Shown here in pieces: positions 17,347-26,581 of a DNA stretch of 31,418 bases (the first letter of the stretch is position 1; each line of letters starts with the position of its first letter). The position numbers and the translations under genes were made by a program. Under the pieces are notes generated by a model that was not told where the DNA came from, ran no database searches, and saw nothing but the letters and a program-made list of their open reading frames with translations. Source of the DNA: a virus (lineage: Duplodnaviria; Caudoviricetes); the IMG/VR virus record IMGVR_UViG_3300049173_000043, positions 1 through 31,418 of that record; one strand, written 5' to 3'.

Positions 17347-17814
17347 TCAGATGCGGGCGTGGCAGGACACCGTGAAGCCCAGGGCCACCCGTGCGCCCTG
17401 GTCGGTGAAGTACTGGCGCAGCGACGCGCGTGTCAGATGCGCCCACAGGACGGTGCCGTTCAGGGTCGGTGCGTCAGGGTTCGGGCCGGTGGCCCTGATC
17501 GCCTGCTCGACGATCCCGAGGATCGCGAAGGCCCGGTCCCGGACGACCGAGAAGCCGTCGTCACCGGACCACACGTCGATGACGGACACGATCGTGAAGT
17601 CCTCGTCCCGGGTCCGGGCCCCGGCGGCGTTGAAGTCCTGCACAGCTTCCGCGCCCTGGTCCTCGCCGCCCGACCAGCCCACGGCCAGGAAGTCGGAGGT
17701 GGCGATGTCGTCGACCGGCGGCCCATCGAGGATCTGTAGGCCGTCCAGGTCGTTTGCCGATCGGAGGATCTCCAGCAGCGCACTGATGGCGCCCGGCAGG
17801 GCAGAGGTGGCCAT
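17347..17814 (-). CDS. Probable tail terminator/completion protein
   Basis: 155 aa in the neck module upstream of the tail tube; ILDGPP and RDRAFAILGIVEQAIR..PTLNG. Confidence 0.6.
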   Translation of the reverse strand: MATSALPGAISALLEILRSANDLDGLQILDGPPVDDIATSDFLAVGWSGGEDQGAEAVQDFNAAGARTRDEDFTIVSVIDVWSGDDGFSVVRDRAFAILGIVEQAIRATGPNPDAPTLNGTVLWAHLTRASLRQYFTDQGARVALGFTVSCHARI

Positions 17815-18630
17815 TCACCCCACCCCCGGCGGCAGTCGGTCGGGTTCGAGCAGCTGCACGGCCCGGTTGGGGATGGCGAATCCCAGACCGGGCAGGGGCT
17901 CCGTGACGTCGAAGTCCTCGGTGCCCCGCTGCGGCCGGCCCGGGCCCTGCCGGGTACGCCACAGGTGCTGGAGGATGATCCGCGAAGCTGACGTGATGTT
18001 GTCGCCTACGACCAGCCGGCCGACCCGGTACGTGAAGTCGAGCGGCCCGTACAGCAGGTTTCCGGCGGCGGTCTCGACCACACCCGTCTCCAGGTCCAGA
18101 TCCAGGTCATCAACCGCGTAGGAAACCCCGCCCGGGCGGGGGGACGTGGCGGACACCAGCTCCAGGCACGGGGTGAGCGTGAGCGCCACCGAGCGGGCGC
18201 TGGTGAAACGCGCGCGCTCGGTGACTGTCCGGGGGACCACCGGGCCCACGAACATCTCAACCGCCCGGGTGCACGCCCCGATCCAGGAGCGGATCTCCTC
18301 GTCGTCAGCGGTGTCGGTCTTCTTCAGGTGCCGCCGCCCGTCGGCCAGCGACATGATCGCGGGCGGGGCTGCCTCGCGGACGTCGAACATGTCCGTGTAG
18401 GCGTGCGCGGGCCCGGACCACACCCAGCGCACCGTGTGGCGGCCGGCCGCAGTGGTGACGAAGTCCGCCTGGTACCGCCCATCGGTGGCAGTCTCTGAGG
18501 CTGCCGGGCTGGCTGTGGTGCCGTCCGGCAGTGTCACGGTCACCGCTGCGGTGGTGGCCGTCGTAAGCGTGCCGTCCGGGTCGAGGCAGTCGGCGGTGAG
18601 GCGCACCGTGGCGCCGAGGTCGAACGGCAC
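17815..18630 (-). CDS. Head-tail connector with N-terminal Ig-like domain
   Basis: N-terminal VTVTLPDGT..GRYQADF..GRHTVRW, then a gp6-like IMSLADGRRHLK..DDEEIRSWIGA...IILQHLWRT. Confidence 0.75.
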   Translation of the reverse strand: MPFDLGATVRLTADCLDPDGTLTTATTAAVTVTLPDGTTASPAASETATDGRYQADFVTTAAGRHTVRWVWSGPAHAYTDMFDVREAAPPAIMSLADGRRHLKKTDTADDEEIRSWIGACTRAVEMFVGPVVPRTVTERARFTSARSVALTLTPCLELVSATSPRPGGVSYAVDDLDLDLETGVVETAAGNLLYGPLDFTYRVGRLVVGDNITSASRIILQHLWRTRQGPGRPQRGTEDFDVTEPLPGLGFAIPNRAVQLLEPDRLPPGVG

Positions 18631-18639
18631 GCGCCTCTC

Positions 18640-19041
18640 CTACTCCTTGGTGGAGGCGTCGCCGAGGATGCCCTTGCGCTTCTGGCCGTCCGCCTCGGCG
18701 GCCAGGACGCGGGCGCGCTCCTCCTCGTTGGCGTCCTTCAGGTACGCGATGACCTCGGGCGCCTTGTGCTCGCCCGGATCGAACGGCCTCCGGTCGTCCG
18801 CGCTCTGGCGGGCCGTCTGCTCGGGCGGTGTCAGGGTGCGCTTCTCGCCCGGCTCGTGGGTGGCCTGCTCGACCGGCCTGAGCACCGCGGCCGTCATCTG
18901 CCCGGTGCTGGCCTCCGGCTCGGCGAACAGGTGCTTGTGGCTCTTGAGGATCGGATGCTTGTCGTCGACCAGTTGGCCGACGGCGAACGCCACCGGGGCG
19001 CCGTCGCGCCAGATGGTGAACGACTCGGTGCAGCGCTTCAT
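18640..19041 (-). CDS. Head-region hypothetical protein (133 aa)
   Basis: MKRCTESF...VEQATHEPGEKR...FDPGEHKAPEVIAYL..ERARVLAAE..GQKRKGIL; GAGGAG RBS. Confidence 0.75.
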   Translation of the reverse strand: MKRCTESFTIWRDGAPVAFAVGQLVDDKHPILKSHKHLFAEPEASTGQMTAAVLRPVEQATHEPGEKRTLTPPEQTARQSADDRRPFDPGEHKAPEVIAYLKDANEEERARVLAAEADGQKRKGILGDASTKE

Positions 19042-19049
19042 GGTGCTCC

Positions 19050-19460
19050 TCAGCTGTGCGCGATCGGGGCGCGGCGGGGGAAGGCGCGCACGATGACGGC
19101 GCCGAACGTGCCGCCCGTGGTGGCGCCGGACGTGGTCACGGACGCGCGCAGGTAGCGCTTCGAGCCCTTGTAACCCAGCTCGAACAGCACGTCGTCGTCG
19201 GCGGCCACGACGGTCGGTGCGGAGCCCTGCAAGTCGGCTGCCGCAACCGTGCCCCACGCCGAGTTGTCGTCGGACTCTTGCAGGATGACCGCGTGCGAGC
19301 CGTCGGTGATCGTGCCCGTCTGCACGACGAGCATCGCCGAGCGGGACGCGTCCTTGTTCTCGTGCAGGTCCACGGTGGTGCCGTTGACCGTGCCGTTCGT
19401 GCGCAGCGCGATGGCCAGCGTCGCCTTCGCCCGCGCCACGTTGTAGAGGCTCTGCCTCAT
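19050..19460 (-). CDS. Probable capsid decoration/cement protein
   Basis: 136-aa beta-rich protein right after the capsid gene; LQESDDNSAW and GYKGSKRYLRAS. Confidence 0.65.
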   Translation of the reverse strand: MRQSLYNVARAKATLAIALRTNGTVNGTTVDLHENKDASRSAMLVVQTGTITDGSHAVILQESDDNSAWGTVAAADLQGSAPTVVAADDDVLFELGYKGSKRYLRASVTTSGATTGGTFGAVIVRAFPRRAPIAHS

Positions 19461-19530
19461 GGTGACTTCCTCTCGGGGAACGCCGACGGCCGAGAAACCG
19501 AGTGGCTTCCCGGCCGTCTGGCGGGCTGGA

Positions 19531-21012
19531 TCAGGTGACGTTGAGCATCCGGAACGCGCCGTCGTTCACCGAGTCGGCGCCGACCCGGTACCAGGCGTAC
19601 CAGCCGCGCTGGCCGGTCGGCCGGCGGTTCGCGCCCACCAGGTGCGGCAGGAACTCGATGCTCATGCCGATGCGGTCGGCGATGACGTAGTTGTCGAAGT
19701 CGCCGTACACCGTCACGTAGTTCTCCGCCGCCGCGGTGACCACGCCGTCCATGTCCTCCGACTCCAGGGCCTTGCGGCCCAGCAGCAGCGGCGGGACGTC
19801 GGCGCCGATCCGCTCCCACAGGTTCGTGCCGCCCGAGGAGTCGAACTGGCGGATCGCGTTGTAGATGCCGCGGTTCGCCAGCCATGCCGCGTTCGGCCGG
19901 TACCGTCCCGGCAGCGCGGTGTCGGTCTTGTAGACGTCACCGGAGGCGAAGGTGTCTGCGGTCGTCGAGGTGACGATCGAGGACGTTCCGGTGAGCGCGG
20001 TGACGATGCCCGTCGGCTGGCCGACGCCGGAGCCGGTGGCGAGCGCTGCGGCCTCCAGGCTGTCCTTGCCGAAGGCCAGCAGCTTGCCGACCTCGGTGGT
20101 GACGTTCTCGGCGTCGTCCATCGCCTCGATGGAGATCGGCACGAAGCCGTCCGCCTTGTGGACGGGGACGGTCGGCTGGCCGAAGGCAGGCGCGTTGTCC
20201 CCCGACTCCGAGCCCTCGGCGGCCCACCGCCACGACACGGCGCCCGCGCTGACACCGTTCCAGACGTCCCCGGTCGCCACAACCTGCCGGGCCACCTGGC
20301 GGATCTGGTTGATCGACCCGTTCGACGTGATGATGACCGTCGGGTCGAGTTGGAACGGCACCAGGTAGCCGCCCGCGTTGTCCGTGAGAGACATCGCGCG
20401 CTCCAGGGCCTGCTGCTCCTCGGGGGTCACCATGTGGCCCTTGCCGCGAGCCAGCTTGGACCACGCACGCATGTACTCCGGCGAGGACGTCGCCAGGCAC
20501 ATACGGGACAGGGTGCCGCGCTTGTCGTCCCAGGCCTCGATGATGTCCGTGGCCGTCGACCGGATGCGGTCGTTGGCACCAGCCATCTTCTCGACCGCGC
20601 ACAGCGCGCGGGCCCGCAGCTCCTGCCCGAGGTCCTCGGGGGAGCGGTTGAAGGTCCGCACCTCTCCGAGGTCCCACGGGTTGCGGAATCGGCGGTCCTC
20701 GACCGAGTCAGGGTTCAGGATCGGGTCGAGATCGTAGGACCCGCTGCGGCCGGTGGGCGTGCCCCGCTCGATGCCCAGGGCGGGCGGGGTGCGGTCGGTG
20801 GCCTGGGTGGCGGCGCGGACCCGCTCCAGGGCGCTGCGGCGCTCCAGCTGGCGGCGGTGGTCGTCGACCTCGGCGAACTCTCGGGTGAGCTCGTCAAAGG
20901 TCTGCTCGTCCTCGGCGGTCAGGCTGTCGCGCTTCTCCAGCTCTTCGAGCTGGGCGCGGATGTCGCGCAGGCGGATGACCGCCTGGCCGTGGGAAAGCTG
21001 AAGCTGAGGCAT
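19531..21012 (-). CDS. HK97-fold major capsid protein with N-terminal scaffold (delta) domain
   Basis: Coiled-coil N-terminus; RAMSLTDNAGGYLVP, GSGVGQPTGI, LLGRK and YGDFDNYVIADR motifs. Confidence 0.93.
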   Translation of the reverse strand: MPQLQLSHGQAVIRLRDIRAQLEELEKRDSLTAEDEQTFDELTREFAEVDDHRRQLERRSALERVRAATQATDRTPPALGIERGTPTGRSGSYDLDPILNPDSVEDRRFRNPWDLGEVRTFNRSPEDLGQELRARALCAVEKMAGANDRIRSTATDIIEAWDDKRGTLSRMCLATSSPEYMRAWSKLARGKGHMVTPEEQQALERAMSLTDNAGGYLVPFQLDPTVIITSNGSINQIRQVARQVVATGDVWNGVSAGAVSWRWAAEGSESGDNAPAFGQPTVPVHKADGFVPISIEAMDDAENVTTEVGKLLAFGKDSLEAAALATGSGVGQPTGIVTALTGTSSIVTSTTADTFASGDVYKTDTALPGRYRPNAAWLANRGIYNAIRQFDSSGGTNLWERIGADVPPLLLGRKALESEDMDGVVTAAAENYVTVYGDFDNYVIADRIGMSIEFLPHLVGANRRPTGQRGWYAWYRVGADSVNDGAFRMLNVT

Positions 21013-22007
21013 CAGCCGGTCTCCTTCTGAGTGTCGATGGACGCCAGGACGTCATCCATCAGGCCGCCGATCTCGGCGAGCTGGGGACGCATGCGTGCTG
21101 TGCGTTCGGATGGCGACGGGTGCCCATCGGCGGGCGGCGCGTCAGTGGTGCTCGGGGCCGGCGGGTGCTCGGGAGTGAGCGGCGCGTCGGTGGAACGGTC
21201 GGGGGCCGGGTGCCCGGCAGCGGGCGGCGCGGCTGGTCGAGTCGGACGCTGATCAGGCGGCAGCACCGGGAGGCCCGGCCGCTGGTAGAGGAGCGCGGTG
21301 GCGACCTCGCGCCGCAGCTCCGGGTCGTCAGGTACGGACGGGGCTGCGGCGTCGCGAGCGAGGGAGTGGCGGATGCGGCGGGTCATCTCGTCGTCGAGGG
21401 CCAGGCCGTCGGCGACGTCCCGGGCCCGGACGGACACGCTGGTTCCCGCGTAGGCCGGGAAGACGACAGGGCCCAGCTCGCGGCATTTCAGCTCGATCAG
21501 CTCGCGCTGCAGGGGCCCGCGGTCGCCTGGCATCCACAGCAGGTCGTAGACCTCCTCCGGCTTCACGATCTTCCCGTTGACGTCGCGCCACTCCTCGCGC
21601 ACGACCTCGAAGCGGAAGCTCATGCCGTTCACCGACTTCTCGGCGATCGCGTCACGGACGGGCTGCATCAGCCAGTTGTCGGTGATGCGGCCCTCGACGT
21701 AGAGGCCCTGGTCGTCCTCGCGCAGGTCGCTGATGGCTCCGATGGGGATGGAGCCGATGAGCGGGTGCCGGCCGTGGTCGAACTGCATCACCGGGGTCTG
21801 CTCGCGGATCGTCTTTTTGAAGGCGCCCTTGCGGATCGTCTCGGTGAACGTGCCTTCCCACGAGTTGATCTCGGTGGGTGAGCCGAAGAGGGCCGCGTAC
21901 CCGGACAGGGTCCGCCCGTCGCCCTCCTCGTCCCCGTCGGCGCGAACCAGCTGGAACGGCGCAGACCTCTCCAGGTCGCGCGTCACGGTGGACAGGGCGG
22001 GCATCAC
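21012..22007 (-). CDS. HK97-family prohead protease
   Basis: LSGYAALF, ETIRKGAF, FDHG, EDDQGLYVEG, GMSFRF and ELGPVVFPAY; Pro-rich C-terminal extension. Confidence 0.92.
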   Translation of the reverse strand: MMPALSTVTRDLERSAPFQLVRADGDEEGDGRTLSGYAALFGSPTEINSWEGTFTETIRKGAFKKTIREQTPVMQFDHGRHPLIGSIPIGAISDLREDDQGLYVEGRITDNWLMQPVRDAIAEKSVNGMSFRFEVVREEWRDVNGKIVKPEEVYDLLWMPGDRGPLQRELIELKCRELGPVVFPAYAGTSVSVRARDVADGLALDDEMTRRIRHSLARDAAAPSVPDDPELRREVATALLYQRPGLPVLPPDQRPTRPAAPPAAGHPAPDRSTDAPLTPEHPPAPSTTDAPPADGHPSPSERTARMRPQLAEIGGLMDDVLASIDTQKETG

Positions 22008-23359
22008 AAGCCTCCTTCGGTCGGGTCGGGAACCGCGGGCTCATCGAGCGAGCCGGGCTTCTGCAGCTGCACGGAGAACAGGCCGGTGTGCACGAGCAGC
22101 GACCAGTCCGAGGACCGCACGGCCGCCATCACGGACGCCGGCGTGTACCCGGCGTCGACGAGTGTGCGGATCGTCCGGGACTCCAGGCCCTGGATCTCGG
22201 CGGCGTCCCGGGCGTCCTCCCGGAGGAACGGCACCCCGCGGGCGTCGTACCAGAGGCGCACAGCCCCCGAGCCGCCACCGCCAGGCGGGGTGACCAGCGG
22301 GGCGAAGGAGCCGGCCGCGTTCTGCCACAGCGGATGAATCGTGCCGTCCGCGAACCTGCGCCGGGCTTGGCCGTAGTTGGAATAGGTGGCGGCCTTCAGT
22401 CCTTCGGACAGGCCCACGATGATCGGCGGCACCCCGGCCGCCGACGCGATACGGGTCTCGCCAGCGCCCTGCACGCTGCTGAAGTCCATCTGCTGGAAGT
22501 CCGAGCCGACCACCGACACATCAGCGCCACCGCCCAGGTACAGCGTCTTGTAGGCGTTCTCCACACCACGGTGCGAGGACTCCATCTTCGCCTTGAACTT
22601 GCCGAACGCCTCCGGCGTGACCTCGCGAGCCAGTCGGACCACCAGGTTCGGAGTGGCCGCGTTCTCGAAGTACTTCCGCTTGTGCGCGGCCATCAGGTTG
22701 TCGTTCTGCACCTCGCGGATCACCGGGGTGAGCCACGACATGCCCCGGTACGTCGCCAGCGGGTCGGGGGTGGGCGCGAAGTGCGCGACCTCCTCCGGCC
22801 ACAGGAACACCGGCTCACAGCCTGGCTCCTGGTACCAGTAGCCGTACCGCCGCCACCCCAGATCGCCGCCGTGCGGATGCCGGCGCCGCTCGAGGACGAT
22901 CTGTACCCAGTCCGGCCGCATCCGGACGGCCTCGTCGTCCTGCCGCGTCCAGTAGCTGTTGCCCGCCAGGTCGGCGTCCTGCAGCACCCGGTTCAGCAGG
23001 TCCTGCGTCGTCCCGCCCGGCCACGGCGTCTCCAGCAGCCGCAGCTCGGTGTTGCCGAACATCTCCGACGGCGTGCCGTTGTTCATCCGCTGCCACGTGA
23101 ACCGCGGCGCCGAGAACACCGACATGCGGGCCACCATGCACGCCCAGATGACTGGATTCGTCGCGAACAGCTGCGCGTACCCGGGCAGGTCGGTTGGCGC
23201 CCGCTCGGCAGCCTGGCCGGGCTGTGTCTGGGTGATCCCCATGGCGGAGAACCCGCCGTAGCCCAGCGACGCCTGGAGGGCGGCCGCGTAGTCCTCGATG
23301 CTCGTGATGTCCCGGGACTCCGACCGGGGGCGCCGGGAGCGCTGCCACAGACTCGTCAC
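22004..23359 (-). CDS. Portal protein (HK97 type)
   Basis: NPVIWACM, DLAGNSY, GMSWL, FENAATP and IASAAGVPPIIVG; lies between terminase and protease. Confidence 0.92.
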   Translation of the reverse strand: MTSLWQRSRRPRSESRDITSIEDYAAALQASLGYGGFSAMGITQTQPGQAAERAPTDLPGYAQLFATNPVIWACMVARMSVFSAPRFTWQRMNNGTPSEMFGNTELRLLETPWPGGTTQDLLNRVLQDADLAGNSYWTRQDDEAVRMRPDWVQIVLERRRHPHGGDLGWRRYGYWYQEPGCEPVFLWPEEVAHFAPTPDPLATYRGMSWLTPVIREVQNDNLMAAHKRKYFENAATPNLVVRLAREVTPEAFGKFKAKMESSHRGVENAYKTLYLGGGADVSVVGSDFQQMDFSSVQGAGETRIASAAGVPPIIVGLSEGLKAATYSNYGQARRRFADGTIHPLWQNAAGSFAPLVTPPGGGGSGAVRLWYDARGVPFLREDARDAAEIQGLESRTIRTLVDAGYTPASVMAAVRSSDWSLLVHTGLFSVQLQKPGSLDEPAVPDPTEGGL

Positions 23360-23535
23360 GGGCCGCCCCCGCCCGTATCAGCCAGGAGCAGGCAGTACGC
23401 CACCAGCAGCACACCGCCCACCACCAGGCCCACCGCCAGCCCCAGCCCCAGACCCGCGCCGGAGGCCGCCATGGCGCCACCCGCCAGCACACCCGCCCGC
23501 GCGCGAGCCGCGCGCGTCAGCCGAACTCGGCCCAC
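23356..23535 (-). CDS. Small membrane protein between terL and portal (59 aa)
   Basis: GTG after GGAGGTGG; hydrophobic GVLAGG..LGLAVGLVVGGVLLVAYCLLL; overlaps both neighbours. Confidence 0.6.
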   Translation of the reverse strand: MGRVRLTRAARARAGVLAGGAMAASGAGLGLGLAVGLVVGGVLLVAYCLLLADTGGGGP

Positions 23536-25097
23536 GGTTCCACCTCCTCCTCCGGCTCCTCGATCTCCACGAACAGACCCCAGCGGGCCTCGGTGACGCC
23601 GACCAGCGGCGTGATGTCCACGCCGACGCCCTTGCGGGCCCACGCCCACGCCTCGCCCAACTCGCGCTTCCTGGCGCCCGCCAGAGCCGTCGCCAGCGGC
23701 GCCTGGTCGAGGTGCGAGATCCGGGCGGCCGCCACCGCGTCGTAGAACTGGCCGGTGGCCTGGACGACATCCCGCGTCTTCATCTGCACGACCGGTACGA
23801 GCGGCTGCGGCTCCTCGTCCTCGCCGACCTCCGCATCCGGGTCGACCTTCAGCGCCTCGGTCACCTCGGCGATGAGCGAGCCGGCCGGACTGCCCGGGTC
23901 GATGACCACGCAGCGCGGCCCGTGCCGCTCGGCCAGCTCCCGCAGCCGCTCGGCCACCCACCCGGCGCCCGGCCGGTTGTCGACAACCTCGACGTGCACC
24001 CCGCTCCCGTACCGGCCGGCCACGCAGATCGACGCGTGCGAGCGCTCCGGGGTCACGTCGACCGCGAAGGAGACCGGATCGGCTGGCTGGCTCTCCTCGT
24101 CCGACAGCGCCTCCCACACGTCTCTGCCGATGACCTGCCAGGCGTCCTCTTCATCCGATGGGTACTCGCCCACACCGAGCCGCTCTCGTGCGTAGCCGTC
24201 AGGGCTGAGGGTGGCCCGCTCGTTGGCCACCTTGGCCAGGGAGAGCCGGTAGCCGACCGCCGGGTTGGACTTGAGGACCGCCGCGTCGGAGCCAGCGTCG
24301 TCGTGCGCCGTGCAGTCCTTCGGGCACTCCTTGACGTGCAGGTCCGCCGACCACTCCATGTAGGCCAGGGACGGGTCAGGAACGCCGTCCTCGATCGCCT
24401 TGAGCGCCCGCCGGCGCAGACGGCCCAGCTGTACGGAGGGCGCGCCGATGCCCGCCGAGCCCAGGTACCAGATCTGCGGGTCGTCGATGGCGGCCATCGT
24501 GGGCAGCAGCGCGTCCATCTCGTTGTCCCCGAGGATCATGTCCTCGTCGAGCATGTTGCTGTGCCCGCTGAACCCGCGGCCGGAACCCTTGGACCGGGCG
24601 ATGAAGCGGAGCATCGCGCCGTCGTGCAGCTCGATCCATTCCTCGCCCACGGTCTGCCGGTACTGCTTCACGCGTTTGTGCAGGTCAGGGCACCCCCGGA
24701 TGAGGCGCTCGATTCGGCGGAACGCGTTCTTCGCCGTTTTGAACTCGTGCGCGGAGTGGAGGATCAGCTCCTCGCCGCCGATGAAAAGCCCCCATAGCTC
24801 GCGGGCCTCGATGATGCCGCCCTTGCCGTTCTGCCTCGGCACGTTGACCGCGACCTCGAACGCCGCCCACGTCCCATCGGCCTTCTCCGCCATGCCGACC
24901 CGCAGCGCGTGTTGCTGCCACGGGTCCAGCTTCAGGCCCGCCTTCCGCGCCAGGTCGATCGCCTCCTGCCCGGCGGTCGACACCGACGGCGGGGCGATCT
25001 GGATCGGGGGCTCCTGCCAGCCGTACACGGGGCCGTCAGCCGTCGGCGGCTCTGCGGGCGTCGGCCCGGCGCTTCTCTCGCTGGCGAGCGATGTCAT
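23517..25097 (-). CDS. terL: Terminase large subunit
   Basis: LDPWQ, Walker A VPRQNGK, HSAH, RGFS..MLDE, SNPA and nuclease FAVD. ATG at 25097 chosen as the start. Confidence 0.92.
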   Translation of the reverse strand: MTSLASERSAGPTPAEPPTADGPVYGWQEPPIQIAPPSVSTAGQEAIDLARKAGLKLDPWQQHALRVGMAEKADGTWAAFEVAVNVPRQNGKGGIIEARELWGLFIGGEELILHSAHEFKTAKNAFRRIERLIRGCPDLHKRVKQYRQTVGEEWIELHDGAMLRFIARSKGSGRGFSGHSNMLDEDMILGDNEMDALLPTMAAIDDPQIWYLGSAGIGAPSVQLGRLRRRALKAIEDGVPDPSLAYMEWSADLHVKECPKDCTAHDDAGSDAAVLKSNPAVGYRLSLAKVANERATLSPDGYARERLGVGEYPSDEEDAWQVIGRDVWEALSDEESQPADPVSFAVDVTPERSHASICVAGRYGSGVHVEVVDNRPGAGWVAERLRELAERHGPRCVVIDPGSPAGSLIAEVTEALKVDPDAEVGEDEEPQPLVPVVQMKTRDVVQATGQFYDAVAAARISHLDQAPLATALAGARKRELGEAWAWARKGVGVDITPLVGVTEARWGLFVEIEEPEEEVEPWAEFG

Positions 25098-25308
25098 TGA
25101 CGGCGTCCTCCTCCTCCCCGACGGGGGCCAGCTTGCGGAGGTCGGCCATGATCGACCGGAGTTCACGGGCGGCGACGGCCTTCGCGGTCGGAGCGTCGCT
25201 CTCGTCGATCGCCTTCGCAAGATCCCGGGCGACGGCCGCCATTCCGGGCGAAGTCTCTTCGGCGTGAAGAGTGTCAAGCTCGTCGGCGATCTTGTCGGCC
25301 ACCGTCAT
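25036..25308 (-). CDS. terS: Probable terminase small subunit
   Basis: About 90-aa helical protein overlapping terL: ARDLAKAID..AARELRSIMADL..VNDIARQREKRR. Confidence 0.72.
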   Translation of the reverse strand: MTVADKIADELDTLHAEETSPGMAAVARDLAKAIDESDAPTAKAVAARELRSIMADLRKLAPVGEEEDAVNDIARQREKRRADARRAADG

Positions 25309-25312
25309 GATC

Positions 25313-25352
25313 ATCACCCTCCGTCACTCTCGGTGATGTCACTCAGGGTGAC
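25313..25352. promoter_or_regulatory. Tandem BldD-box-like palindromes at the terS start
   Basis: GTCACTCAGGGTGAC (25338-25352) fits NTNACNC(A/T)GNGTNAN fully. GTCACTCTCGGTGAT (25323-25337) and ATCACCCTCCGTCAC (25313-25327) each have one mismatch. Confidence 0.5.
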
Positions 25353-25409
25353 TGCAAACTTGGAGGCCCGAACCGAGTTCGCGCGGAATGATCTTTCAAA
25401 TCGGCCGCG

Positions 25410-25490
25410 CAAAAAACAGGGCGACAAGGGCGTTTGGGTCGCCCGGTCTCCCCAATTTCACGATGGACTCGGGCCCCCCTCCCGCCCAGG
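25410..25490. other. Candidate cos (packaging) site
   Basis: Non-coding gap between the HNH/ATPase genes and terS. GGGCGAC-N12-GTCGCCC (25419-25444) is flanked by an A6 tract and a C-run. Confidence 0.5.
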
Positions 25491-25637
25491 CCGAACACCT
25501 GCCGATCACCCCGTTGCCTGCCCCGATGGCGATCCGTGACCCTGCGCGATGCCGTCGGCCGGCCGCTCCCCACCCTTCGATGAGCGGCTCATCGGGTCAC
25601 TCGGGGTGGGAGCCGGGCACCGGTGCCGCGTGCAGGG

Positions 25638-26081
25638 TCACCAGGTCCGGGACGACTGCTTGGTGACTTTGTGTTCGCTGCGCTGCTTGGCCCGCTGCGC
25701 GTACCAGCGCGTCGCCACAGCCTGTAGTCCTGGCGCGCGCATGTCCCTGACCCTCTGCATCACCACGTCCTTGCCCGGGTCCACCGCCACCACCTCGGCC
25801 CCGTGCCGCCGGTACCGAGCGAGCCACTTGGCACTGGGCATGGTGTGGATCAGGTAGACGTCGACCTCGGCGAGGTGCTTCACAGCCTCGTCGATGGCCG
25901 CATACCGAGCGCGGTGGGCGACCTTCATGGCGATGGGGTGCTGGGACCACGCTGGGGCGCCAGGGCCCATGAGAGCTTGGGTGATGCGGTCGAGGTCGAT
26001 GACGATGTCGCTGGGCTTGGCCCGTGCCTCGATCCAGCTGGACTTACCCGCGGCCGGAGGGCCGGTCACGACGTACAGCAC
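25638..26081 (-). CDS. Small P-loop (AAA_33-like) ATPase/kinase
   Basis: MLYVVTGPPAAGKSSW Walker A and IVIDLD; next to the HNH gene, as in many actinophages. Confidence 0.82.
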   Translation of the reverse strand: MLYVVTGPPAAGKSSWIEARAKPSDIVIDLDRITQALMGPGAPAWSQHPIAMKVAHRARYAAIDEAVKHLAEVDVYLIHTMPSAKWLARYRRHGAEVVAVDPGKDVVMQRVRDMRAPGLQAVATRWYAQRAKQRSEHKVTKQSSRTW

Positions 26082-26087
26082 GCAGCG

Positions 26088-26276
26088 TCACCTCGCTGTC
26101 GGGGGCAACTCCGTGATGACGCGGGCCTCGTGGCTGGCCATGTGTTCGCGGACGGGCGCAAGGTCGAAGGCGACCGTTGCCTCAGCCCTGGTGCGATGGC
26201 GGAGGCGCACGGGGTACGTCACTGGCTGCTCGCAGACGGGGCACGTAAGCGTGCCGGCGGTCTCGCCGGATGCCAT
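26088..26276 (-). CDS. Zinc-finger-like small protein (62 aa)
   Basis: CPVC...EHMASH; GGAGGTGG RBS. Confidence 0.6.
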   Translation of the reverse strand: MASGETAGTLTCPVCEQPVTYPVRLRHRTRAEATVAFDLAPVREHMASHEARVITELPPTAR

Positions 26277-26278
26277 GG

Positions 26279-26578
26279 TCACCACCTCCGTGATGCGCGC
26301 ACCGGCTGCCGCTTGTGGTCGGCGCGGTTGCCGCGCGCCGAGTTGCAGCGGCGGTGCGCTGAGCGGGCGTTGGCGGGGTCGAGGAGGTCGCCACCTCGGG
26401 AGAGTGGGACGGCGTGGTCGAGGGTGAAGGCGTCGCGGTGGCGGCCGGCGAGGGGGCCGGTGATGTCGTAGCGGATGGGCTTGCCGCACCACCAACAGGG
26501 CAGGCCGAGCGCGCGCTGTGCGGTGCAGAGCCGTCGGTAGGGGCGCCCGTTGCGGGGGTTGCCAGCCACGGGCGCCAC
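26279..26578 (-). CDS. HNH endonuclease (terminase-associated, HK97 gp74-like)
   Basis: CWWCG...LDHAVPLSRGG...NARSAHRRCNSARG; upstream of terS. Confidence 0.9.
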   Translation of the reverse strand: MAPVAGNPRNGRPYRRLCTAQRALGLPCWWCGKPIRYDITGPLAGRHRDAFTLDHAVPLSRGGDLLDPANARSAHRRCNSARGNRADHKRQPVRASRRW

Positions 26579-26581
26579 CTC

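Noticed and set aside
7481-25308. Contractile injection system, tailocin or GTA interpretation
   Set aside because: No sheath or wedge genes are seen. Capsid, portal, terminase, HNH and a cos candidate fit a self-packaging siphovirus.
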